A DNA stretch of 64,000 nt from Candidatus Poribacteria bacterium (GCA_965208675.1 OZ242351.1:1952001-2016000); one strand, 5' to 3'. Shown: positions 9,924-18,819, numbered from the stretch's first letter. The notes: generated by a model from the sequence alone, not told the origin. Made by a program: numbers and translations.

Positions 9924-10744
9924 TCGGATTCCCTCAACATTGTAAACAAACCTCTACTATCCAAAATCCGTTTTCGAGCTAATTCGCAATAACCGCTGTC
10001 AATTTCAACGCCAACACCGATGCGCCGGTTATTGTGTGCTTCTACTAAGGTTGTTCCGCTGCCTAAAAAGGGATCGAACACAACGTCTCCGACGTAGCTA
10101 AACAACTTTATGCAACGATAGGGTAACTCACGCGGAAAGGGAGCGGGGTGTCCAACCCGTTTCTTGCTCTCGCCATTGAATGTCCACACGCCATTTGTCC
10201 ATTCCATAAATTCATTGCGTGAAATGTCTGACTCTTTACTGCCGAACTCTTTCTTCCAATTCCCCTTATACAAGATGACGATCAGCTCAACCGGGGCAAT
10301 GACAAATGGTGCGGATGCGGACATCCAAGAGCCCCACGCCGTTCGACGAGAGATGTTTCCTTCATTCCAAACAATCGTGGCGTGGTAGTTCCAACCCACG
10401 CTCTGCGCAATTGTAGTGAGATCAGCCCCCACGCTACGGTGCCCACCCTTGTTTTTATCGAGTGGAATATTCAGTAACATGCGAGCGTGCGGTTTACTCC
10501 ATTTGTAACAATTCCCTATCCACTGCCTACTAAAATCCAAGTAATTTTCATAACTTATCGCGTCATCATTCGAATCGTAATCAATACCAACATTGTAGGG
10601 CGGTGATGTAACGATTAAGTCAATAAATTCTCCTGTAAACAGATCGAGTTGACATGTGTCGTCATTGATAATATACACACCCAATTCCTCAAAGAAAGGA
10701 GCGACTTTGAAGTGAGCGTGTTTATCCAACTCTGGGCTTTGCAT
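9920..10744 (-). CDS. Beta-class amino DNA methyltransferase (N4-C/N6-A)
   Basis: IVTSPPYN motif IV precedes HPAPFP and DPFLGSGTT motif I. Confidence 0.92.
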   Translation of the reverse strand: MQSPELDKHAHFKVAPFFEELGVYIINDDTCQLDLFTGEFIDLIVTSPPYNVGIDYDSNDDAISYENYLDFSRQWIGNCYKWSKPHARMLLNIPLDKNKGGHRSVGADLTTIAQSVGWNYHATIVWNEGNISRRTAWGSWMSASAPFVIAPVELIVILYKGNWKKEFGSKESDISRNEFMEWTNGVWTFNGESKKRVGHPAPFPRELPYRCIKLFSYVGDVVFDPFLGSGTTLVEAHNNRRIGVGVEIDSGYCELARKRILDSRGLFTMLRESE

Positions 10745-11025
10745 ATGAATCCATCTCCCAATCCGGTTGCAGATTGACTGAATTGAAGGATTTAGCGGAT
10801 TGTATCGTCAAATATATATTACATCAAATTTATCTCCGTTTGTCAATGGTTTCTTCAGCGCATGCGCCATTCAGCCTTGAAATTTTCAAAAGACATTATG
10901 ATGAAATAAACATTACTTCAGTCAAACTCTACAGACTCTTCTGAGACGTAATGCCGGGCACACGTAAACGATCAATTCGGCCAACTACGGGATAAATGAA
11001 ATCCGTGAGAATTTCACTCCCAACC

Positions 11026-11607
11026 TTATCGTTTTGTGGCACTACTTCGAGCCTTTAAATTTTTGAGTATATTACCCAATACAGTTTTAAGAATACTTCT
11101 CTGCGTCGAAATCAAGTCGGGAATGTTTACCTCCTTGAAACAATCAGGCCTGCCGTCCGCATAGGCTGTACCCAAAGTATACCCTTGGTTATCTATTGAT
11201 ACGCGGGTAATGAAGTTAAATGTCTTCCGTTTACCCGACCCGCGTTTTGTAGGATGCCCGACACTATCGTTGCGAATGTCCCGTATATGCTTTAATGATG
11301 AATCAAGGGTGTATGGAAATTGAAGAGCTTCAGCCAAATGCTCAACCGCATCTTGTTGCACAAAAAGAGCCTGTAAAGTTCCGTATAAATACATGTATTT
11401 TTTGCCATCATCAAGATGTTGGTTTTCAGTTTCAATTGAGATGTCTGTCATAAGAAACGAATCCAAGCAACTGTTTGAATCTTCAATAACATCTAAAGAA
11501 CTACACAACATGCGCCAACTGCCCGCATTCTGTGACAAAACACCTTTGAGTTGGGATTGATTGATTGTATCACGGATCATATTGGTGATTTTATCAATTG
11601 TTTGCAC
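11026..11607 (-). CDS. Hypothetical protein with HEPN-like Rx5H motif
   Basis: GTG start at 11607 after GAGGAA; IRNDSVGHPT; helical character, low GC. Confidence 0.65.
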   Translation of the reverse strand: MQTIDKITNMIRDTINQSQLKGVLSQNAGSWRMLCSSLDVIEDSNSCLDSFLMTDISIETENQHLDDGKKYMYLYGTLQALFVQQDAVEHLAEALQFPYTLDSSLKHIRDIRNDSVGHPTKRGSGKRKTFNFITRVSIDNQGYTLGTAYADGRPDCFKEVNIPDLISTQRSILKTVLGNILKNLKARSSATKR

Positions 11608-11802
11608 TGTAATTTCCTCACGAAAAAGATAAAATATAGGATTCCTTAGGTCCAGTGATAACTCACCGATCAATGTTAGACCTGACCTTCCCACACTTGT
11701 CAAAAATTCCTTCGGCCCATGCAATTCCGCCTTACGAATTCAATACTCACCTCAAACTCCTTCAAGACATCCGTATCGTAACTCACAATGAATTAGGCGA
11801 CT

Positions 11803-12576
11803 TTAGGATTTTCGAAGTTTGAGTGCATCTGCTTTTAAACGATCGAGCTCAAGGTGGTAGATGCCGACAAGTATATCGCCCTCAAACTTTTGTCCAACAC
11901 GAAAGGTGCCGCGAAGCGAAATTGGCACATCTTGATAGCTGCGGATTTTCTTTTTTTGCGGAACCTCTACATACACCCATTCGTTAAGAAGCGGGATTGC
12001 GCCGAAACAGCATGCCATTTGGTCTTTGAGCAACACGAAAGTTCGAACGTTATCGAATTCACCTTCAAGCGGCAACATGAACCCTTCAATCTCAATTTTC
12101 GACCCGTTCAACGCTCTTATTTGCGGCGGAATTTCCTCGTCGAGGTTCAGCGTGGCGACGTAATCCGGATCGTCCAATCTTGCCCAGTTTGGCTCCCTGA
12201 TTCGATAGCTAGTGAGCGTATTGAAGGTCAGTGATTCATATTCGCCCGTGCGCTTGCCAATCCGTTCAACTTCAACTTTTGGAGGCTGGGAGTCCGGCAC
12301 CGCGCCCGGCTGCGTATCCACACTAATCTCCGACGCGGGGTTCACGTCCTCGCGCGGTTTGGCATCGCCAGATTCTGCGACCGCCAGCGGGGCACCCTGT
12401 ACGTCAACGTGCTTAACGATTGACGCTGATTGACCGCTTACCTTCCTAAGGGCGCGAATCGGATGTGGTTCCGGTAACATTTGAGAAAGACCGAGCGCCA
12501 GCGCAACAACAACTACACTCGTAATTGCAAAAGGAAGCCAAGAGCTTCGTCGTTTCTCCGTTTTAAGCTGCTTCAT
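11803..12576 (-). CDS. DUF3299 family membrane-anchored protein
   Basis: IPPQIRALNGSKIEIEGFMLPL, ACCFGAIP..NEWVYV, GIYHLE. Confidence 0.85.
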   Translation of the reverse strand: MKQLKTEKRRSSWLPFAITSVVVVALALGLSQMLPEPHPIRALRKVSGQSASIVKHVDVQGAPLAVAESGDAKPREDVNPASEISVDTQPGAVPDSQPPKVEVERIGKRTGEYESLTFNTLTSYRIREPNWARLDDPDYVATLNLDEEIPPQIRALNGSKIEIEGFMLPLEGEFDNVRTFVLLKDQMACCFGAIPLLNEWVYVEVPQKKKIRSYQDVPISLRGTFRVGQKFEGDILVGIYHLELDRLKADALKLRKS

Positions 12577-12592
12577 CGCATTCGCCTCCTAA

Positions 12593-13114
12593 CTAATGGT
12601 GATGATGTTCACCGTGCTCACCCTCGTTGCCTTCGGGAAAATCAAAATCAACGTCAGTGAAGTGCTGCCCCTTCACCGAAATTGACGTGATTTGCGCGTG
12701 AAAATCCGTCACGCCCTTGAGCGCGTCGGATTGTCCCTCATATTGAGAGGTATCACCTTCGGTTTCTCCTGTTAAAACGTTTGCAGCGGCTTTGAGTTGC
12801 AAAGTAATTGACTGCCCAGATTTCAACCGATTTAATTTGAGTTCGATGGTGTTCTGCGTGAGGCGCACCGGTTTTTCCGCCTCGCTATCTAGGACATAAC
12901 CGGTGAGTTTTCCGGTCTTTTCTTCCAGGACAAGTTCAACGTGCGCGAACTCTTCGCCCAACACGACCAGTGTCCCACCGTGCGGCGCCGTATGATGATG
13001 GTGGGCATCTGGCTTCTGTTTACCGTCGTGCGTTCCTTTTTTCTCGCAACCGGATTGGACGACGGCAATTGCTAAAATCGACATCAATGCCGCGATTGCG
13101 TTTTGGAGTTTCAT
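12593..13114 (-). CDS. His-rich putative metal-binding lipoprotein
   Basis: Lipobox-like VQSGC, HHHHTAPHGGTLVVLGEEFAHVELV, C-terminal EHGEHHHH; RBS AGGAGG. Confidence 0.8.
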   Translation of the reverse strand: MKLQNAIAALMSILAIAVVQSGCEKKGTHDGKQKPDAHHHHTAPHGGTLVVLGEEFAHVELVLEEKTGKLTGYVLDSEAEKPVRLTQNTIELKLNRLKSGQSITLQLKAAANVLTGETEGDTSQYEGQSDALKGVTDFHAQITSISVKGQHFTDVDFDFPEGNEGEHGEHHHH

Positions 13115-13238
13115 GAGAATTCCTCCTTTTACAAAAATGTGTTAATGGGGAAAGTCAAACGCTTCGCTAAAATTCAGACGTTTCAACACGTTTATATGGT
13201 ATCAATAGCGTATGAAAATGCGTCCAAAGGAGAACCCA

Positions 13239-13373
13239 ATGATTAAAGACTCGCCAATTGTAGAAGAAATTCGCCGCATCAGGTGTGCCCTTTCGGCGCA
13301 ATTTGACCGTGATGTGGATAAATTTATGGACTACGTGACTCAGGGAACATCGGGGCAAGCGGACCTCGTGTAA
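13239..13373 (+). CDS. 44-aa small protein (MIKDSPIVEEIRRIR...), resembles small antitoxin-like orphans
   Basis: Not in the ORF track; AAGGAG RBS; DxIVEEIRRIR pattern recalled from small proteins adjoining PIN toxins. Confidence 0.5.
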   Translation: MIKDSPIVEEIRRIRCALSAQFDRDVDKFMDYVTQGTSGQADLV

Positions 13374-13485
13374 CTACGGACGGAATCCCCACCGAATGAG
13401 GCACAGGATACGAACGGCAAGGGTTAGCTAATTGGCGTTATAGTCATTTAGGTTAATATTTACACAAGGAGTGATTGACTGATCG

Positions 13486-13514
13486 ATAATCGAGGCTAGG
13501 AAGCCTCTCCCACA
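13486..13514 (-). repeat. REP-like half element (GTGGGAGAGGCTTCCTAGCCTCGATTAT)
   Basis: Similar to sequences at about 42460, 42838 and 63838. Confidence 0.65.
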
Positions 13515-13551
13515 AACCAATGCGTAAATGTATAATTTTTAGTTGCAATGA

Positions 13552-14805
13552 CTATAAGTTAGCCGCAACATCCGTCCGATACGCTTTGACGGCAGGCAAA
13601 ACGCCCGCGGCTGCACCTATGAGTATAACACAAACTGGTGCGATTATGAACGCAGGATGAAAACTTAACAGGTCCAATACGATTCCGGTTTGTGCACGAA
13701 CAATTGCCGACGCTGCCGTGAAGATTACGCCGTAAACGATGAAACCGATGACGACGCCCATTGCGGTGATAGATGCGGCTTCCAGCACGATGACGGAAAA
13801 AACCGTTTTCCGGCGCGCGCCGAGTGACCGTAAAATGGCGAGCTCACGCCGGCGTTCGTTAATCGAATTATACACACTTGCGAGAATTGAGCCTGCCGCC
13901 ACCACAACAACAAGATAAGAAACCAGCGCCAAAATTTGGTTCATCCAACCAATTTTATCAAACAGTCTCGCCATCACCGCGCCTATCGGCCATGCGAGAG
14001 TTGCCGCCTTACCTTGTTTATTTATTGTGGCGTCCATCATGAAGCCGATTTGCGGATTGCGAAACTTGATCATAACGGCACTGACCTCTTTGTGCTCGTC
14101 GGGGATTTCTTGACCGGGTTGAGCAACATAATCCTCCCCACTTCCGCGCAACACATGCCCCTCCATCCGGTAAATCCCTTCAATCGGAATCCAGATGACG
14201 CGGTCAGACGGAGAATTGGTCGGTTTAAGCACACCGACGACGGTATATTGCTCGTCATGCCGCATCGACTCATCAAATACTAATCCGTGATAGGGGTTAA
14301 AGTTATCGCCTACCTTCAAGCCTAACTTATCCGCGGTATAGCTTCCCAAAACCGCTTCTTGCCGAGCCGGATTGAAAAAACGTCCGCCGCCTTGAGTCTG
14401 AAATCGAACACCATCACGGTACTCAAACTCCGTGAATAACGTCCCAGTGGTGCCGACGATGCGGAATCCGTGATAGTTGTCTCCGAGTGCGTAAGGCACG
14501 GCGAGTTCGACGCGTGGGTCGTCTCTCATCGCCTGATACATCGCCCATGGGATATTGCCGGGTGAGGTTTCGAGATGAAAGACGGTGTTCAATACGAGTT
14601 GCAGCGGGCTGCCGCGCGCACCGATAACCGCATCAAAGCCGATCTGACCGCCCGTAAAGGCGGCTACAGATTGCGCTTTGATACCGATGACAGCCATAAC
14701 GAGCCCGGTTCCGAGCGCTACCGACAGCGCAGCGATAAGCGTCGATAGGGCGTGTTGCCGCAGGCTGCGTCGAACGATAAATAACAAGCTCACGCGTTTT
14801 TTCAT
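13552..14805 (-). CDS. ABC transporter permease, MacB/FtsX type (ZrgC/PA4065-like)
   Basis: GARGSPLQLVLNTVFHL, ALGDNYHGFRIVGTT, ERRRELAILRSLGA. Confidence 0.9.
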   Translation of the reverse strand: MKKRVSLLFIVRRSLRQHALSTLIAALSVALGTGLVMAVIGIKAQSVAAFTGGQIGFDAVIGARGSPLQLVLNTVFHLETSPGNIPWAMYQAMRDDPRVELAVPYALGDNYHGFRIVGTTGTLFTEFEYRDGVRFQTQGGGRFFNPARQEAVLGSYTADKLGLKVGDNFNPYHGLVFDESMRHDEQYTVVGVLKPTNSPSDRVIWIPIEGIYRMEGHVLRGSGEDYVAQPGQEIPDEHKEVSAVMIKFRNPQIGFMMDATINKQGKAATLAWPIGAVMARLFDKIGWMNQILALVSYLVVVVAAGSILASVYNSINERRRELAILRSLGARRKTVFSVIVLEAASITAMGVVIGFIVYGVIFTAASAIVRAQTGIVLDLLSFHPAFIIAPVCVILIGAAAGVLPAVKAYRTDVAANL

Positions 14806-14921
14806 TATTCACGCCAATATTGTGACGCAGGATTTTCAGTACAATGTCAAATGTTCGTGCTCAATGTGGGATTTGGATATGCACACTCGCCGGTTGATGC
14901 GGCGCGCACATTTATATGCGA

Positions 14922-15584
14922 TCATGCACGATTCACTTGTGCGAAATCTGCTGCCTCCTCAAACTGCTCCAATATTCCGACATCGTGGCTAACGGTGAGC
15001 AACGCGGCGTTGTTTTCATGGCAAATCTCGCGGATAAGCGCAATCGCTTGGTTAGCGTGGTGATAATCCAGATTTCCAGTCGGTTCATCGGCAAGCACCA
15101 AGCGCGGACGGTTGGCGATAGCGCGGGCAACTGCAACACGCTGCTGTTGCCCAACGGATAATTGCGATGGCGGATATCCCATTCGATCTCCCAACCGGAC
15201 CCGTTCAAGCAAGTGTTGGGCGAACTCTACATCAACGCCCTTCCCAAACATCATACCGAGCACGACGTTTTCCAATGCGGTGTAACCGTGGAGCAGATTG
15301 AAGGTCTGGAAGATGTAGCCTATATGGCTGGCGCGCAGTGAATCACGCCCAGACTCGGAGAGGGCGGTAATCTCCTCACCATCAATAACGATTTGTCCGC
15401 TATCGGCGTGCAGAATTCCAGCGATGAGATTGAGAAACGTGGTTTTTCCGGTGCCGCTGCTTCCCTTGAGCGCCATCTGCGAACCTGTCTCCAGCTCGAA
15501 ATGGGGCACATCAACGATGCGATTCTGTGTACCTTCAGGCGAAAAATAAGCTTTTTCGAGATTAGCGATTGTCAAGAGCGGCAT
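14922..15584 (-). CDS. ABC transporter ATP-binding protein (LolD/ZrgB-like)
   Basis: [32 protein letters not shown]. Confidence 0.93.
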   Translation of the reverse strand: MPLLTIANLEKAYFSPEGTQNRIVDVPHFELETGSQMALKGSSGTGKTTFLNLIAGILHADSGQIVIDGEEITALSESGRDSLRASHIGYIFQTFNLLHGYTALENVVLGMMFGKGVDVEFAQHLLERVRLGDRMGYPPSQLSVGQQQRVAVARAIANRPRLVLADEPTGNLDYHHANQAIALIREICHENNAALLTVSHDVGILEQFEEAADFAQVNRA

Positions 15585-15596
15585 AACACACCGTGA

Positions 15597-15995
15597 TCAG
15601 TTGTTCGACAATTTGCAGAGTTGACACATACGGCAGAGGCGGCGATTGATGAGGTGAACAAGCGCGAGCAGCAGTCCGCCCATAGCCATGAAGATGACTT
15701 CGGTACCCTCTGAAGCGTGAAATCGTGCGATAAAGATTAGAATTAATGCGCCACCGAGCATTAGAAACACTCGCCATTTTCGGTGGTGCCAATAGCCCCA
15801 ACTTAGACTGCCGACAGCAACTCCCACTGCGCCGACAACCAACGCCAACTCCGCTGACTCACTGAGAATAAATCCAAGCCCAATCAGCGGCAATACGGTC
15901 ATCAAGAGCGGGGCTGCCATACAGTGGACAGCGCACGCAAACGATAGGCATGCGCCCACATTGTCCACGACTGCGTGATTCAGATATCTGTTCAA
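15597..15995 (-). CDS. MerC-domain membrane protein
   Basis: DNVGACLSFACAVHC, 4 TMs, HLINRRLC C-terminus; AGGAG RBS with TTG start. Confidence 0.85.
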   Translation of the reverse strand: MNRYLNHAVVDNVGACLSFACAVHCMAAPLLMTVLPLIGLGFILSESAELALVVGAVGVAVGSLSWGYWHHRKWRVFLMLGGALILIFIARFHASEGTEVIFMAMGGLLLALVHLINRRLCRMCQLCKLSNN

Positions 15996-16038
15996 TTATT
16001 GGCTCCTAACGTCATTCGTTACTGTTACCGGTATCGGA

Positions 16039-16099
16039 TTTGCCGGTCCGGCGTGCCAAAACCGCATTTATCATTGGATTTGGCACGCTGACAGGCAAA
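16039..16099 (-). terminator. Intergenic stem-loop (about 21-bp imperfect arms); terminator or mRNA stabiliser
   Basis: tttgccggtccggcgtgccaaa ... tttggcacgctgacaggcaaa. Confidence 0.55.
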
Positions 16100-16112
16100 C
16101 CAAAGTTTTCGG

Positions 16113-16742
16113 TTACGGCGTAACCGTTACGGGAATCAAGAGCGCCGCCGTGAAATCGGGGTGGTCGCCGTGCATGAGTTGGAGCTTGATTTCCGTTTGA
16201 CCGGCTTTAAGCCCCTTCACCTCAAAGGTGAATTGATCGGCAAGCTCATCGCCGTGTTCATCGTGTTCATCATGCTCATCGTGATCTTCGTCATCGTCGT
16301 GATCTTCGTCCTCATCGTGATCGTCGTCATCATCGTGATCGTCGTGATCGTCGTGGTAAAGGTGTATCTCAATGATTGATGAATCGTATCCGCTGAGCGC
16401 TAAAGCAAACACCTCTTCCTCGCCATGTTCGTGGTCGTGGTCGTGGTCGTCTTCCTCTTCCGGATTCTCAGGAAAAAATTCATGGCTGTCGTGGTCAAGG
16501 AACGCGGTCAGAACGTCGAGTTCATCTCCGACTTTGAGCGTGATACCTCCCGAATGCGTCCCTTCGAATTGACGGTATATCTCGTTCCCGTCAACCTTGA
16601 GGACAAAACCGTCTGCATCGGCGTGAAATGGTTCATCGTCATGGCCATTTTCGACAATAGGATTATCGTCTTCGCCGCATGCAGCGAAAAGTGCAATAGA
16701 TACGAGTAACAACAACGTAAAACGTAAAACAGGTGTAAACAT
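16113..16742 (-). CDS. His/Asp-rich lipoprotein, putative metal-binding or metallochaperone
   Basis: ATG 16742 with GGAGGT RBS, lipobox FAAC, two long H/D/E tracts, LMHGDHPDF. Confidence 0.85.
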   Translation of the reverse strand: MFTPVLRFTLLLLVSIALFAACGEDDNPIVENGHDDEPFHADADGFVLKVDGNEIYRQFEGTHSGGITLKVGDELDVLTAFLDHDSHEFFPENPEEEDDHDHDHEHGEEEVFALALSGYDSSIIEIHLYHDDHDDHDDDDDHDEDEDHDDDEDHDEHDEHDEHGDELADQFTFEVKGLKAGQTEIKLQLMHGDHPDFTAALLIPVTVTP

Positions 16743-16901
16743 TATTACCTCCAGACATAGATTGGCTGAATTTCCCGGCATCACGACTGATGAAACAACG
16801 AAAAATAGGCAAATTGCTACCCAAACCGTATACAACTCAGCCGGGAAAGGCAGATAAAGATTTGGTCAAATTAAACAGAGATTATGAGAACAACGAGCAG
16901 C

Positions 16902-17207
16902 TTAAACGGGGAAAATAGGCGGGGCACGACTCCGGACACTGTTGTCAAGGATCGTGAAAACGAAATGAAATTTGATGATGGGTCTGTGAATTGAGATGCA
17001 TGCATCGAATTTGGTGACGTCAACGGGGGTGAGTTCAATACCGACGTGGTTGGCATTGAAGAAACAGGCGGAGCAGTGCTCTGAATTGACATCGACGTGC
17101 TCATGGTCGTGCGCGAGTGAGATAAGGTTTACCGTTATCAGATAATAGACGATTCCAATCAATATCACCCAGAGAATGGGAGTGAAATGGATTTTAACCT
17201 TTTGCAA
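16902..17207 (-). CDS. DUF2946/CruR-like leader peptide with HxHxH, CxxC and C-terminal RAPP
   Basis: AGGAG RBS with TTG start; hydrophobic N-terminus, HDHEH, HCSAC, RSRAPPIFPV*. Confidence 0.75.
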   Translation of the reverse strand: MQKVKIHFTPILWVILIGIVYYLITVNLISLAHDHEHVDVNSEHCSACFFNANHVGIELTPVDVTKFDACISIHRPIIKFHFVFTILDNSVRSRAPPIFPV

Positions 17208-17400
17208 GACTCCTTACCTCATTCGAACGTTCAAAAATTCGCCAACACAGCATTGTATTTTAGCACAACCGATTGGCTTTGTCCAATTTTTTTGATTCAA
17301 AATCGACAGGAATGGGTATCAAACCAAATCCATTGCACTGCCGCTTAAGTACCTTGACAGAACTGGTTATAATCGTTTATTCTAATTTAGAGCGAAGCCT

Positions 17401-18150
17401 TTGGAATGCAATGGAACCGAAAATGAATTTATTTATGATGACAAGAAAGGACCGTTATTCAGAATGTTTAGATTCTTCCCTGTTTTGATGGTTGTTTGCA
17501 TGGCGACCGTTACAAGTATTTCAGAACGCGCAGAAAGTGATGAGGGTGGAGCGTCAGCGGAAAAATGCCACGTCCCCGGGTGGTTCCGAGTCGATACGGA
17601 TAGTTTAGGCACGCATTTCCTGATTGGGGCGACGCATTGTGTCGGCGGAGTTTCGATCGAGTCGAATATATTCATTGATGATACACTCGGCGAGTTTGAC
17701 CTCGGTGTTTCCATACCCGCTGTTAAGGGCGACAGTTTCAGCCTTACAGTGCTGCCCATGCTCGGACTTGGGTTTGATTATAAGACGCCGGACGGCCCTT
17801 CAGCAATTTTCCCGCACCTGTTTGTTTTTATGCCCGCAGGCAAGTTTTTTTTCAAATCGTGGTCGATTGGGTCATTCTATTCTGTGTTCGATGAGGAAAG
17901 AAACAACGAACTTTACACCCGCAATTATGCCACCTATTCCGTGAACAGAACCGTGGCGGTTGGCCCCCAAGTTGAAGCCGTTTTAGGGCTTGGGGATAAC
18001 GGGAAACTTATTAGCCTGATTCTCGGTGCGCGAATCAACATCGGTTACGGCGAAAATAACACGCTCGGCATACTTTATGGGTATGATACCAAAAAAGCGG
18101 AAGAGCAAACCGGATTGACGGGACGGTTGAGTTTTACGCGCAGATGGTAG
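17401..18150 (+). CDS. Hypothetical exported protein, possible outer-membrane beta-barrel
   Basis: Signal-like segment, alternating beta pattern, ends LSFTRRW; start uncertain. Confidence 0.6.
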   Translation: MECNGTENEFIYDDKKGPLFRMFRFFPVLMVVCMATVTSISERAESDEGGASAEKCHVPGWFRVDTDSLGTHFLIGATHCVGGVSIESNIFIDDTLGEFDLGVSIPAVKGDSFSLTVLPMLGLGFDYKTPDGPSAIFPHLFVFMPAGKFFFKSWSIGSFYSVFDEERNNELYTRNYATYSVNRTVAVGPQVEAVLGLGDNGKLISLILGARINIGYGENNTLGILYGYDTKKAEEQTGLTGRLSFTRRW

Positions 18151-18204
18151 TGCCATGCCATCGACGGCAGATAATTTCACGTGTGGGCGAGCGTAAACGA
18201 CCAT

Positions 18205-18819
18205 CTACTGAAGCAGGAGCATAATTTCCTTGCGCCTGTCACGGCGCAGTGCATAGTCGTAAGGCGTATCGCCCTTGGCGGTCTTGATGGATTTGTCGGC
18301 AGCGGCATCAAGTAAAATCCTGATGACTTCTATATCGGCAGCTACTGCCTCCATGTGAAGCGGAGTTTCTCCCCAAACTGTGCCGAAGAAATCCATCTCT
18401 GTGCGACCGCCGACTTTGGTTTGCCGATTAACATCGCCGCCCCGTTTAATTAAGAGTTTCAATGTTTCAGGCTGATTTCGGAGAGCGGCTTTGTGCAGCG
18501 CAGTTTCCCCGCCCGCAGGGAGTTGCAAATTTACATCCGCCCCGGCATCAATTAGAAAAGACGCGAATTCCACATCGCCCCTAACGGTTGCGCTCATAAG
18601 CAGCGTCATTTTACTGAATCTATCGTGATTGATGTTACCGCCATTACCGAGCAGCCATTTGCAAATGTTCGTGTGACCTCTGAAATACGCCCAAAAAAAC
18701 GGTGGAAGGTCGCTGTGGTTCACGTCTGCGCCTTGTTCCACTAGCCGGCGGACGTCGTTAAATCTGCCATTCTTTCCTGCTTCGATCAACGCTTCGTTGA
18801 TGTCCATTTCCTGTTCCAT
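18205..18819 (-). CDS. Ankyrin repeat protein
   Basis: GADVN, GETALHKAA, GETPLH, GDTPYDYA repeats. Confidence 0.92.
   Translation of the reverse strand: MEQEMDINEALIEAGKNGRFNDVRRLVEQGADVNHSDLPPFFWAYFRGHTNICKWLLGNGGNINHDRFSKMTLLMSATVRGDVEFASFLIDAGADVNLQLPAGGETALHKAALRNQPETLKLLIKRGGDVNRQTKVGGRTEMDFFGTVWGETPLHMEAVAADIEVIRILLDAAADKSIKTAKGDTPYDYALRRDRRKEIMLLLQ

Noticed and set aside
16250-16460. TCGTGA/TCGTCA-type tandem repeats
   Set aside because: Explained by the His/Asp-rich coding tract
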